Part shown: positions 38,716 through 48,455 of the stretch, piece by piece | How the letters are laid out: each line of letters begins with the position of its first letter | Numbering within the stretch: position 1 is the first letter of the stretch | Assembly (NCBI GenBank): GCA_045586595.1 | Contig: JAZNAQ010000026.1 | Location: 48,200 to 112,199 of the forward strand | Origin: Eubacteriales bacterium | Lineage (GTDB): Bacteria; Bacillota; Clostridia; Oscillospirales; JAAYXM01 | Length of the DNA stretch: 64,000 bases | Direction of reading: 5' to 3' | Program-made: the position numbers and the translations under genes | Notes under the pieces: generated by a model | Told to the model about the DNA's origin: nothing | The model's input: only the letters and a program-made list of their open reading frames with translations | The model's database searches: none

Positions 38716-40674
38716 GTGAACGATAAATATATAGGAAAGCTTCTTGATAACAGATATGAAATTTTACAGGTTATAGGTAACGGCGGCATGGCAGTTGTAT
38801 ATAAAGCGCTTTGCCACAGGCTGAACCGCCATGTAGCGATAAAAATACTTAAAGATGAATACGCAAAGGATGAAGAGTTCAGAAACAGGTTTCACGCCGA
38901 AAGCCACGCTGTAGCTATGCTCTCGCACCCGAATATCGTGGCAGTGTATGATGTATCACGTTCAAATTCGGTAGAATACATAGTTATGGAGCTTATAGAC
39001 GGGATGACCCTTAAAGAGTATATGGAGCGCAGGGGCAATCTTTCTCAGAAAGAGTCTGTGCATTTTGTTACACAGATTTTAAAGGCGCTTTCGCACGCAC
39101 ATTCAAAGGGTATCATACACCGCGACATAAAGCCGCATAATATTATGCTTCTGCGTGACAGTACCGTCAAGGTTGCCGATTTTGGTATAGCAAGGTTTGA
39201 GTCCTCTCAAAGAACTGTTACTCGTGAGGCGTTTGGTTCTGTTCACTATATAGCACCCGAGCAGGCAAAAGGCAGCCATATAGATTGCCGCGCAGATATT
39301 TATTCTACAGGTGTTGTTTTATATGAAATGTTGACGGGTCGTCTGCCTTATGAGGGAGATACCCCCGTGTCAGTTGCTATACAGCATATAAATTCATTAC
39401 CTCTCAGCCCGAGAGAGATAAACCCCGATATACCTGAGGCACTTGAGAAGATAACAATGAAGGCAATGGCTCCGTCGCTTGCAAAGCGCTATGCTTCTAC
39501 TGACGAGATGCTTGCTGATTTAGAAGAATACAGAAAAAATCCCGATGTTGATATAGCGTACGTTCCGCCGGTAAAAAAAGAGGATGAAGACATGGCGGCA
39601 ACAAAGCCTATTAAGATTATAGCTGAGGAAGATTTTGACGAGAATATTGAGGAAGAGAATTCCTTAAAAGCAAAGCTCCCGCTTATTTCCGCAATCACTG
39701 CCGGAGTTATATTTCTGGCAGGTGCTTTGACGCTTATCAGTGCACTTTTCGGTTGGGGAGATAAACAACCTTCAAAAGAGCTTATAACGCCAGATATTCT
39801 CGGTATGACGATAGAGGCTGCCGCTGAACGTTATAATGAATTTGAAATTATTGAAACCGACGAAGATACCCGCGAATACAGCGACGAGTACGACGAAGGA
39901 GAAATTATTAAGCAACGCCCACGCGAGGATGAGCTAAACTCATCCGGGAAAATATATGTAACATTAAGCAAGGGCAAGCGTACAGACAGTTTTGTGTTGA
40001 CAGACCTTACCGACATGAGTGAAGAGCAAGCCAAAATCGTTCTTGACCGCGAAGGTGTAGCGTATATAATCAAAACCGAAAATTCAGATGATATCGCAGA
40101 GGGTAATGTTATAAAAACAGAACCTGCAGCAGGTGAAACTATCACAAACGAAGATAAGGTTACGGTTTATATAAGCCTCGGAAAACTTAATAAGGACACT
40201 GTTGTTCCAAATCTTTTAGGTCTTACCGAAGCGAAGGCTATCGAATCACTTACGTCTTCAAAACTTGAAAAAGGAAATATTCAATACGAGAACAGCTCAA
40301 CCGTAGCAAAGGGCAAGGTCATTAGTCAGGATGTAGTATCCGGAGAAAAAAGAGAAGAGGGTACTGCAATCGGGTTTACAGTAAGCTTAGGCCCAAAGCA
40401 AACAGGCTCAAATGATACGACTGGCGGAAAGAACGACGAATCAACAACTACTCAAACTAATAACGAAATTAAGATAACAAGGTCTATTCGCCTTCCGTCA
40501 GAGCCTGCCAGCTTTACTGTAAAAATTACAGTAAACGGCTCTACTCAGTATGAGAAAACACACAAAGGAACAGATGGGGCTGCCGATGTCACATTGAGCG
40601 GCAAGGGGACTTCTACAGTTTGTGTATACATAAACGACGATCTCAGACAGGAAATCCCCATAGACTTTAAATAA
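38716..40674 (+). CDS. pknB: PASTA-domain Ser/Thr kinase PknB/PrkC
   Basis: GNGGMAVVY, HRDIKPHN, DFGIA, one TM, three PASTA-like repeats. Confidence 0.95.
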   Translation: MNDKYIGKLLDNRYEILQVIGNGGMAVVYKALCHRLNRHVAIKILKDEYAKDEEFRNRFHAESHAVAMLSHPNIVAVYDVSRSNSVEYIVMELIDGMTLKEYMERRGNLSQKESVHFVTQILKALSHAHSKGIIHRDIKPHNIMLLRDSTVKVADFGIARFESSQRTVTREAFGSVHYIAPEQAKGSHIDCRADIYSTGVVLYEMLTGRLPYEGDTPVSVAIQHINSLPLSPREINPDIPEALEKITMKAMAPSLAKRYASTDEMLADLEEYRKNPDVDIAYVPPVKKEDEDMAATKPIKIIAEEDFDENIEEENSLKAKLPLISAITAGVIFLAGALTLISALFGWGDKQPSKELITPDILGMTIEAAAERYNEFEIIETDEDTREYSDEYDEGEIIKQRPREDELNSSGKIYVTLSKGKRTDSFVLTDLTDMSEEQAKIVLDREGVAYIIKTENSDDIAEGNVIKTEPAAGETITNEDKVTVYISLGKLNKDTVVPNLLGLTEAKAIESLTSSKLEKGNIQYENSSTVAKGKVISQDVVSGEKREEGTAIGFTVSLGPKQTGSNDTTGGKNDESTTTQTNNEIKITRSIRLPSEPASFTVKITVNGSTQYEKTHKGTDGAADVTLSGKGTSTVCVYINDDLRQEIPIDFK

Positions 40675-40675
40675 T

Positions 40676-41560
40676 ATGACAGAAAACAAAACTGGAAGAA
40701 TCATAAAGGGAATAGGCGGCTTTTATTACGTTGATACCGAAGATGGCGTAATAACCTGCCGTGCCCGCGGAAAGCTTCGCAAAATGGGTGAAACCCCATA
40801 TGTCGGAGATATTGTTGACATAAGTCAACAGAGCGACGATACCGGATATGTTATCAATATTCATGAGCGCAAAAACGTTATGAAACGTCCACCCATATCA
40901 AATATCGATATGATAGCAATAATCGCCTCGAAGTCACCACCAATAACAGATACGTATTTTATCGACAGAATTTCAGCAATGGCTGTTCGCAAAAAAATAG
41001 AGGTTTGTGTTGTAATAAATAAGTGTGATGAGGATATTGGTGATGAGCTTTACAATATCTATAAAAACACAAACGCCGGTATTTTCAGGGTAAGCGCAAT
41101 ATGTGGTGACGGTGTCGATGCTTTTAAATCTCATCTGAGCGGAAAACTTACCGCATTTACGGGAAATTCAGGCGTTGGTAAGTCTACACTCATAAATGCA
41201 CTTTTACCCTCTGCACAGCTTGAAACAGGCGCAATTAACAATAAAATAGGTAGAGGCAGGCACACTACGCGCCAAGTAGAAATTTTAAAGCTGTGTGAAA
41301 ACACCTGGATTGCCGACACACCTGGGTTCTCTGTATTTGATATTGCATCAAAGGATGAAATAACAACAGAAAATCTCCAAGATTTATTCCCTGAGTTTAG
41401 CGATTACAAAAACGAATGTAGATTTATAGGCTGTTCACATATAAAGGATTCAGGGTGTGCTGTCGTTGATGCGGTAAACAACAGTAAAATCGAACGTTCA
41501 AGATATGATAGCTATGTCAAAATGTTTTCGGAGCTTGAAAACATTCCGAAATACAAATAA
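40676..41560 (+). CDS. rsgA: Ribosome small subunit GTPase
   Basis: NKCD, GNSGVGKST, GRHTT, DTPGF, C-terminal CRFxxCxHxxxxxC. Confidence 0.96.
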   Translation: MTENKTGRIIKGIGGFYYVDTEDGVITCRARGKLRKMGETPYVGDIVDISQQSDDTGYVINIHERKNVMKRPPISNIDMIAIIASKSPPITDTYFIDRISAMAVRKKIEVCVVINKCDEDIGDELYNIYKNTNAGIFRVSAICGDGVDAFKSHLSGKLTAFTGNSGVGKSTLINALLPSAQLETGAINNKIGRGRHTTRQVEILKLCENTWIADTPGFSVFDIASKDEITTENLQDLFPEFSDYKNECRFIGCSHIKDSGCAVVDAVNNSKIERSRYDSYVKMFSELENIPKYK

Positions 41561-41574
41561 AACGGAGTGAGACA

Positions 41575-42129
41575 ATGAAAAAGACAAATTCCGGCATAAT
41601 GGGATATGCATTCAGTCTTATCATAGACCAATTAATTGCTATTCTGGTATCTCTTGTGGCAACAAATATAATAAACTTTTTTGCGCCTTCCGGCTCATTA
41701 CTGTTAAACTTTATTGTTTGTATATCGGTTTATTTTATAATATGCTATTCGGACTCATGGAGCAGAGGTTGCAGCGACAGTAACAGAATACGCCTTGGAG
41801 TAATTACTGACAACAAACTCCGCGGCTTTCTGTGCGGTCTTGTAGCTACAATTCCGGGGTTGGTATTTGCTTTTTTTGCATTTCTTGCCGAAACAGGCGT
41901 TGCCTCGTTTTATGATGTTTTAGGAGCGGATATTTTTACAACCATAAACAGACTGTGGCACTTGCCGTTAGGAGTGCTTTTCAGGTATGTAAATGAATTT
42001 CCACTTTTAAATTTTGTATATCCAATGCTCTTACCAATAATTTCAGGGTTAGGATATATTCTTGGTCTTAATGAAATCAGATTAAAACAAATTTTTATTT
42101 ATAAGAGCACTGACGATGATGTCAAATAA
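41575..42129 (+). CDS. Hypothetical membrane protein
   Basis: About 4 hydrophobic helices; RBS GGAG. Confidence 0.7.
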   Translation: MKKTNSGIMGYAFSLIIDQLIAILVSLVATNIINFFAPSGSLLLNFIVCISVYFIICYSDSWSRGCSDSNRIRLGVITDNKLRGFLCGLVATIPGLVFAFFAFLAETGVASFYDVLGADIFTTINRLWHLPLGVLFRYVNEFPLLNFVYPMLLPIISGLGYILGLNEIRLKQIFIYKSTDDDVK

Positions 42130-42181
42130 TAAACGAATACTTTAACAAAACGCCCCATAAAAATTAGTGGGGTGGTTTTGT

Positions 42182-42895
42182 ATGAGCAGAAATACTTTGT
42201 TTAATATCTTAGTTACCGTTGCGTTTTTTATATCCATAACATTTCTTTTTGTAATTGAAAAGAAAGAAAATAAGACTCTTTTCACATCATCATTTAAAAA
42301 CCACAATACAGTTATAATTGATGCCGGACATGGTGGAGAAGACGGCGGCGCAGTGGGAGAAAATGAGATGCTCGAAAAAGAAATTAACCTTGCTGTTTCT
42401 CAAAAACTCGAGCTTATATTAAACCTTTTCGGCATAAATACAGATATGACAAGACGTGAAGATATATCTTTAAGCTTAGATGATTCTGCTCCTCTAAGGA
42501 AACGAAAAGTATCTGATATAAAAAAACGTGTTGAAAAGATAATTAATACTCCAAACGCTGTACTTATCAGCGTTCATCAGAATTCTTTTCCTCAGGACGA
42601 GGGGTGCCATGGCGCTCAAGTGTTTTTTTCAAAGAATAATATAGAAAGTATGAAACTTGCAGAAAAAACGCAAAATATATTAAAAAACGGAATAGATAAC
42701 CGTAATAACCGAGTTGAAAAAGAGAGTGACTCAAGTATTTACATGCTGAAGAATGTGAATTGTCCTGCAATACTTGTCGAATGCGGCTTTTTGACGAACA
42801 ACCGCGAAGCTGAGCTTCTAATGACAGATGCTTACAGAGTAAAGCTTGCAGCATGTATTGCAACAGGTTTTATACAATACCTAAACGAAAAGTGA
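42182..42895 (+). CDS. N-acetylmuramoyl-L-alanine amidase (Amidase_3, CwlD-like)
   Basis: N-terminal TM, IDAGHGGEDGGA, EKEINL, SVHQN, GAQVFF, ILVECGFLTN. Confidence 0.88.
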   Translation: MSRNTLFNILVTVAFFISITFLFVIEKKENKTLFTSSFKNHNTVIIDAGHGGEDGGAVGENEMLEKEINLAVSQKLELILNLFGINTDMTRREDISLSLDDSAPLRKRKVSDIKKRVEKIINTPNAVLISVHQNSFPQDEGCHGAQVFFSKNNIESMKLAEKTQNILKNGIDNRNNRVEKESDSSIYMLKNVNCPAILVECGFLTNNREAELLMTDAYRVKLAACIATGFIQYLNEK

Positions 42896-42907
42896 TGTGA
42901 AGTACAA

Positions 42908-44263
42908 ATGAAATCAAAAACAATATATGTTTGTAATGAATGCGGAAACGAAAGCCCGAAATGGAGCGGGAAGTGCTCTGCTTGTGGCGCGTGGAATACG
43001 CTTTGCGAAATGAACGTTTCTGCCAAAAAAACAACATCCGAGCGAAGTCTGCGCGAACATAGGGGCACGCTCACTTCGATAACAGAGATTAGCGTACAGG
43101 ATGAAGTGCGTTTTGATACAGGAATGGGAGAACTAAACCGAGTTCTCGGAGGCGGGGCAGTGCACGGCTCGCTCGTTCTTGTTGGCGGTGAGCCCGGAAT
43201 AGGAAAATCAACAATTTTGCTTCAGATTTGTGCAAATTTATGCTGTAAATCAAAGGTGCTTTACATTTCTGGAGAGGAGTCTGCACGCCAATTAAAGCTG
43301 AGAGCGGAGCGACTTGGTGTAAACCCCGAAAGTCTATATGTATATGCTGGAACAGATATGGATGACATAATTTCGGTTTCTGAGCAAATTAAACCTGACA
43401 TTATGATAATTGACTCGGTTCAGACTGTTTACAGAAGTGATTTGCAATCAACTCCGGGAAGCGTTTCACAGGTAAGAGAATGTACAATGTCTTTTATGGA
43501 GCTTGCAAAAGGGAAAAATATAACAATATTTGTTGTAGGGCATGTAAACAAGGATGGCTACATTGCAGGTCCCAAAGTCTTAGAGCATATGGTTGACTGC
43601 GTTCTTTATTTTGAAGGCGATAAAAATATGTCTTACAGGATATTACGCGCTGCAAAAAACAGATATGGTTCAACTAACGAGATTGGCGTTTTTGAAATGC
43701 GTGACAAAGGCCTGGTTGAGGTGAAAAATCCGTCTGCAGCTTTGCTTGAAGGGCGCCCTGTCGATGTACCCGGAACGTGTGTTGCTTGCATTATGGAGGG
43801 CTCGCGCCCGATACTCGCTGAAATTCAGGCACTTGTGGCAACGACGGCATACGGCACTGCACGCAGGATGAGCTCGGGTATTGATTATAACCGTTCTGCA
43901 CTTCTCCTTGCAGTTCTCGAAAAGCGTGCAGGGTTTAAAATGGGTAATTATGATGCTTACATAAACGTAATTGGTGGTTTAAAAATAGAAGAAACTTCTG
44001 CGGATTTACCAACGCTTCTTGCAATAGCTTCTGCCTGTAGGGACAAACCTCTTCCTTGTGATCTTGCCGCATTCGGAGAAATAGGGCTTACAGGCGAAAT
44101 ACGCTCAGTTTCGGGAGCTCAACAACGACTTAACGAAATCAAGCGTTTGGGCTTTAAAAAGTGCATTGTCCCGCGTCAGAACTCGAAAGATGTAGAGATT
44201 CCGGACGGGCTTGATGTAATGTTTGCTAAAAACATACGCGAGGCAATCGCTGCATTACTTTAA
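42908..44263 (+). CDS. radA: DNA repair protein RadA/Sms
   Basis: N-terminal CxxC..CxxC, GEPGIGKST, KNRYG, FGEIGLTGE. Confidence 0.97.
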   Translation: MKSKTIYVCNECGNESPKWSGKCSACGAWNTLCEMNVSAKKTTSERSLREHRGTLTSITEISVQDEVRFDTGMGELNRVLGGGAVHGSLVLVGGEPGIGKSTILLQICANLCCKSKVLYISGEESARQLKLRAERLGVNPESLYVYAGTDMDDIISVSEQIKPDIMIIDSVQTVYRSDLQSTPGSVSQVRECTMSFMELAKGKNITIFVVGHVNKDGYIAGPKVLEHMVDCVLYFEGDKNMSYRILRAAKNRYGSTNEIGVFEMRDKGLVEVKNPSAALLEGRPVDVPGTCVACIMEGSRPILAEIQALVATTAYGTARRMSSGIDYNRSALLLAVLEKRAGFKMGNYDAYINVIGGLKIEETSADLPTLLAIASACRDKPLPCDLAAFGEIGLTGEIRSVSGAQQRLNEIKRLGFKKCIVPRQNSKDVEIPDGLDVMFAKNIREAIAALL

Positions 44264-44282
44264 TATTAAGCGAAAAAAACAC

Positions 44283-44321
44283 AATATCCCGATTGACTTT
44301 ATGGCTCAATCGGGATATTAT
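44283..44321 (+). promoter_or_regulatory. 14-bp inverted repeat overlapping a putative SigA promoter for the nusB operon
   Basis: AATATCCCGATTGA/TCAATCGGGATATT; TTGACT(44293)-17-TATTAT(44316). Confidence 0.55.
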
Positions 44322-44371
44322 ATATATAGTGGATTTTTATACATATTTGTAGAGAAAACGGAGGATATAAA

Positions 44372-44809
44372 ATGAGCAGAAAAGCTGCGCGTGAAGTAGC
44401 TGTGCACATAGTCTACGATTACGGTTTCAACAACGAAATAGGTGAGGAGTCTTTGCAACACTTTCTGAGTGATGAATTTGCAGAGAGCATATCTTCTGAT
44501 ACAGAAATTTATTCTCAGGTTGGTAAGTCTCAGCATCTTTATATTTCAAATATTGTTAACGGGATTGCCCAAAAGCGCGACGAGATAGACGAACTCATCC
44601 GCAAATATTCAGTAGGGTGGAACTTAAACCGTATATCCCGTATTGCGATGGCAATTATGCGCGTAGCGGTATATGAATCAAAATATGTTGAGGACGTGTC
44701 TGAAAAAATTGCAATTAACGAAGCTGTTGAGATTGCCAAAAAGTATGACACTTCTGAAACAGCCTCCTTTATAAACGGAATTCTCGGAAGTATAGTAAGA
44801 GAAGGATAG
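44372..44809 (+). CDS. nusB: Transcription antitermination factor
   Basis: SRKAARE, WNLNRI, IAINEAVEIAKKY, FINGILG. Confidence 0.95.
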   Translation: MSRKAAREVAVHIVYDYGFNNEIGEESLQHFLSDEFAESISSDTEIYSQVGKSQHLYISNIVNGIAQKRDEIDELIRKYSVGWNLNRISRIAMAIMRVAVYESKYVEDVSEKIAINEAVEIAKKYDTSETASFINGILGSIVREG

Positions 44810-44818
44810 AGCATTTGT

Positions 44819-46006
44819 ATGGCTAAAATATGTACCATAAGTGAGCTGAATGAATATCTCAAATCCATGTTTGACAGCAACCCAAACCTCAACGGTGTAT
44901 ATGTCAAGGGGGAGATATCAAATTATAAATTTCATTCTTCCGGCCATCATTATATGACACTTAAGGATGAAGCTTCGGTTATACGCGCAGTCATGTTTAA
45001 ATATGATGCGCTAAAGCTTAAGTTTCGCCCCGAGAGCGGAATGAAAATAATTGCTAAAGGTCGTGTAAGTGTCTTCCCGCGTGACGGGCAGTATCAGATT
45101 TATATAACAGATATGATACCCGATGGCGTGGGCGCGCTTTATGTAGCGTTTGAACAGCTCAAAAAGCGCTTGGGTGATGAAGGCTTGTTTGATGAAGAGC
45201 ATAAGAAAGCTCTGCCGAAGTTTCCGGCTAAAATTGCTGTCGTAACATCTCCCACCGGCGCTGCCGTAAGAGATATTATCCGCATCCTAAAAGCAAGGTT
45301 TCCCATGGCTTCGGTGCTTGTTTGTCCGGTGCTTGTGCAAGGGCCTGATGCACCTTCTGATATATGCAGCATGATAGAATATATAAACCAACACAAGCTT
45401 GCTGATTTAATTATAACAGGCCGCGGTGGCGGCTCAATTGAAGACCTATGGGGGTTTAATGACGAGGGTGTTGCGAGAGCTATATATAATTCAGAAATCC
45501 CCGTTATTTCTGCGGTAGGCCACGAGCCGGATGTAACAATATCCGATTTTGTTGCCGATATGAGAGCAGCGACGCCGTCTAACGCTGCAGAGATTGCAGT
45601 ACCTGATGCTATATCGCTTCGCAGAAACCTAAAAGACTTTGAAGTCAGAACTTTTTCTGCATTGACATCAAGGCTTAATTTCTACAAAGAAATGCTTAAA
45701 AACATATCTGAAAAGAAAGTTATGAAAAGCCCTCAGAACTTTTTTCAGGAGCGAAGGCTTGCTCTTGATTTCCTCTCTGAAAAACTTGGAGGAGGCATGA
45801 GCCGGTCTGTATTCAAGTCACGCGAGAAATTCACCGGGCTTGTATCTGCACTTGATGCAATGAGCCCACTAAAGGTTATTTCCAGAGGATATTCAATAGC
45901 TTCCAAAGCAGACGGCAAAATTATAAAAAAGGTTTCAGACATCTCCTCTGGCGAAAAAATTAATGTTCGCGTTGAGGACGGTAGCATTAAATGCACTGTC
46001 GACTGA
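44819..46006 (+). CDS. xseA: Exonuclease VII large subunit
   Basis: GEISN, SGHHY, TSPTGAAVRD, GRGGGSIEDLW, SAVGHE.D, TPSNAAE. Confidence 0.97.
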   Translation: MAKICTISELNEYLKSMFDSNPNLNGVYVKGEISNYKFHSSGHHYMTLKDEASVIRAVMFKYDALKLKFRPESGMKIIAKGRVSVFPRDGQYQIYITDMIPDGVGALYVAFEQLKKRLGDEGLFDEEHKKALPKFPAKIAVVTSPTGAAVRDIIRILKARFPMASVLVCPVLVQGPDAPSDICSMIEYINQHKLADLIITGRGGGSIEDLWGFNDEGVARAIYNSEIPVISAVGHEPDVTISDFVADMRAATPSNAAEIAVPDAISLRRNLKDFEVRTFSALTSRLNFYKEMLKNISEKKVMKSPQNFFQERRLALDFLSEKLGGGMSRSVFKSREKFTGLVSALDAMSPLKVISRGYSIASKADGKIIKKVSDISSGEKINVRVEDGSIKCTVD

Positions 46007-46027
46007 AACTGAAAGGAAGATAAATAA

Positions 46028-46258
46028 ATGCCAGATAAAAACACATTTGAAGAATCAATAACACGCCTTGAAGAGGTTGTAAAGCTTCTTGAACGCGGTG
46101 ATGCTCCCCTCGATAGCGCACTTGCTCTTTTTGAAGAGGGGACTGCACTTATAAAAACTTGTACAAAGATGCTTGATGAAGCAGAACAAAAGGTAACTTT
46201 GCTTGTCAAAGGTGAAGAACCGTCAGAGACAACTTTTGACGCGGAGGACAACCAATGA
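46028..46258 (+). CDS. xseB: Exonuclease VII small subunit
   Basis: FEESITRLEEVV..LE.G..PLD....FEEG..L...C...L..AEQKV. Confidence 0.95.
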   Translation: MPDKNTFEESITRLEEVVKLLERGDAPLDSALALFEEGTALIKTCTKMLDEAEQKVTLLVKGEEPSETTFDAEDNQ

Positions 46259-47136
46259 CAAACGAAACCCGATTTAATCAATATCAGGAACGAATTAACA
46301 AAGCACTCGATAAGGCTATTTCACCGTCAACAGCTCTCTACGGAAAGATTTTTGAAGCAATGAGATATAGCCTGAATGCGGGCGGGAAGAGAATACGCCC
46401 TGTTCTGCTGCTTGAGTTTGCGCGTATTTTCGGAGTATCTGAGAACGATGCTATGCCTTTTGCAGTTGCTCTTGAAATGATTCATACCTATTCACTTATC
46501 CACGATGACTTACCGTGTATGGATGATGATGATTTACGAAGAGGCCGGCCAACGTGCCACAAAGCTTTTGGTGAGGCTGTCGCTGTTCTTGCAGGGGATG
46601 CGCTCTTAAACCGAGCTTTCGAACATATTTTAAACAGCCAAACGAGTTTCTCTGCCGAGACAACGCTCAAAGCTACAAAGATTCTTGCACACTCATCAGG
46701 TGCTGACGGAATGATAGGCGGTCAGATAATTGATATGGAGGGCGAGAACCGTTCTCTTAATATTTCTGAGACAGAACTGCTTCAAGACATGAAAACCGGT
46801 GCCATAATCAAATCAGGAGCAGTTATCGGTTGCGTTCTCGGCAATGCTTCTGACGAAATGATTTCTATTGCAGACGAGTATGCTTCAAATATCGGGCTTG
46901 CATTTCAAATCAAAGATGATATTTTAAATGTTGAAGGCGATGCTGAAGTTATGGGTAAAGATGTCGGCAATGATGAAGAAAGCGGAAAATCAACATTCGT
47001 TAAGCTTTTAGGGCTTGCTACATGTAAGGAAAAAGTTTCACAGCTCACAGACAATGCGGTCAAAGCAGCCAAAAAGTTACCGGACAGTGAGTTTCTTGTA
47101 TGGCTTGCATACAATCTTCTTTCTCGCGAAAAATAG
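46255..47136 (+). CDS. ispA: Polyprenyl (farnesyl) diphosphate synthase
   Basis: GGKRIRP, SLIHDDLPCMDDDDLRRG, KTG, FQIKDD. Confidence 0.95.
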   Translation: MTNETRFNQYQERINKALDKAISPSTALYGKIFEAMRYSLNAGGKRIRPVLLLEFARIFGVSENDAMPFAVALEMIHTYSLIHDDLPCMDDDDLRRGRPTCHKAFGEAVAVLAGDALLNRAFEHILNSQTSFSAETTLKATKILAHSSGADGMIGGQIIDMEGENRSLNISETELLQDMKTGAIIKSGAVIGCVLGNASDEMISIADEYASNIGLAFQIKDDILNVEGDAEVMGKDVGNDEESGKSTFVKLLGLATCKEKVSQLTDNAVKAAKKLPDSEFLVWLAYNLLSREK

Positions 47137-47167
47137 TATAAAAACGCAGACTTTCGCTGTTGAAATG

Positions 47168-47196
47168 TTGTTTTTTTGTATTTAATATGGTATAAT
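47168..47196 (+). promoter_or_regulatory. Internal SigA promoter upstream of ole
   Basis: TTGTTT(47168)-17-TATAAT(47191) with TG extension, about 17 nt before the RNA P1 stem. Confidence 0.65.
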
Positions 47197-47212
47197 ATTT
47201 TTTAATAATTTA

Positions 47213-47820
47213 ATATGGGTGCAGTATCCTAGTCAGATCTACCAACTCCCAGGACGGGCCTAAAAATCCGTAGAAGGGCATATCGATGAAGTCCCTTGTG
47301 CTTGCTTCTCTCGCCCAGATTGGGGTGAGTGCTGGGGGTTAAGGCTTTAGGGCGGCTTACAATGGCATGTATCTCCGGACCCTATTGCCGTGGAGACCCG
47401 ACTGCGTGCATATGCCTATACATTCTTGCAATTGACGGACTATGTACGTACCGGGGTTAAACCTGCAATGCGGTGCTTGGCATAAGCCTTGTGCTGTGTG
47501 CAGAGTAGCCTGCCTTGAGTGGCATGCGGTGAATAGAAGACCAACACAAGCAAACTTCGGCCAAAGCTTGCTTGTATATCGCTTCTTGAAACCCTTGCTG
47601 CAAAAGAGGCTAAGAGTTGGTGTGACTGTTATGGAAATCATCTAGGCTGTCGTGCAGATGGAGGTTTGCAGTGCGGACTAAGTGGTGATTCGGTGCCGGT
47701 GCAGGCGACGCATCGGTGCGAGATTTAAAGGGAAACCGCCCTTATTGGCAACAAGGGGTATTTCGTATGGAAATCAAACCGGACCTAAGCCGCAAGATTA
47801 CCTTCTTCTGCTACCCATAT
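47213..47820 (+). ncRNA. ole: OLE (ornate, large, extremophilic) RNA
   Basis: ~608 nt GC-rich segment closed by ATATGGGT-GCAG / CTGC-T-ACCCATAT; blocks recalled as OLE-conserved (GTGCAGTATCCTAGTCAG, CGGGCCTAAAAATCCG, ATCGATGAAG, CCGTGGAGACC, GTAGCCTGCCTTGAGTG, GCAAAAGAGGCTA, GCAGTGCGGACTAAGTGG, GGGAAACCGCC, GGACCTAAGCCGCAA); canonical position between ispA and oapA-dxs. Confidence 0.92.
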
Positions 47821-47844
47821 ATTATTTTTTTCGGAGGTAAAAAA

Positions 47845-48429
47845 GTGAAAGATAACGGAGCTAGTTCATCTGAGGTTCCTCGAAGTAGAAATAATAAAAA
47901 AGTAAAAATTTCACCACTTAAATGGTCAATTATAATACTTATAGCAAGCTTTTTATTGTCGGTTATTTTTAATGCAATGTCTGAAACGGCACTGAAAAAC
48001 GTGAGTCTCGGGCCCGCATTTTTAATACTTGCCGCATTTATATTGCTTGGTATAATATTTGATATATTCGGAACGGCAACAACATCAGCATCTGAAAAGC
48101 CCTTCCACGCCATGTCTTCAAAGCGCGTGAATGCTGCAAAAGAGGCGCTTTGGCTTGTAAGAAACGCAGAAAAGGTATCAAGCTTTTGTAATGACGTTGT
48201 TGGTGATATCTGCGGTATTATGAGCGGTTCTACCGCAGCTATAATAATTGCATCACTTCCGTTTACAGGAACTGCAGCTCTTTTTATTTCTCTTTTTATA
48301 ACCGGCATGGTTGCAGGTGTAACAGTTGGCGGAAAAGCATTCGGAAAGGGATTCGCGCTAAAATTCAATAATGACATAGTGTTCTTTATGGCGCGGATAA
48401 TCAGAGTTTTTAAAAGAAAAAGCAGGTAA
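47845..48429 (+). CDS. oapA: OLE-associated membrane protein A
   Basis: 194 aa from GTG 47845 after GGAGGT; four TMs; GIIFDIFG, PFHAM, SSFCNDVVGDICGIMSG, TVGGKAFGK; directly downstream of ole. Confidence 0.9.
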   Translation: MKDNGASSSEVPRSRNNKKVKISPLKWSIIILIASFLLSVIFNAMSETALKNVSLGPAFLILAAFILLGIIFDIFGTATTSASEKPFHAMSSKRVNAAKEALWLVRNAEKVSSFCNDVVGDICGIMSGSTAAIIIASLPFTGTAALFISLFITGMVAGVTVGGKAFGKGFALKFNNDIVFFMARIIRVFKRKSR

Positions 48430-48455
48430 AGTTTTAAACTGTGGGGATTTAAATT

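Noticed and set aside
47357-47645. ORFs 47357-47641 (-) and 47442-47645 (+), and the 47716 start of the oapA ORF
   Set aside because: They lie inside the OLE RNA, lack an RBS and give implausible proteins; oapA has a good RBS before GTG 47845.
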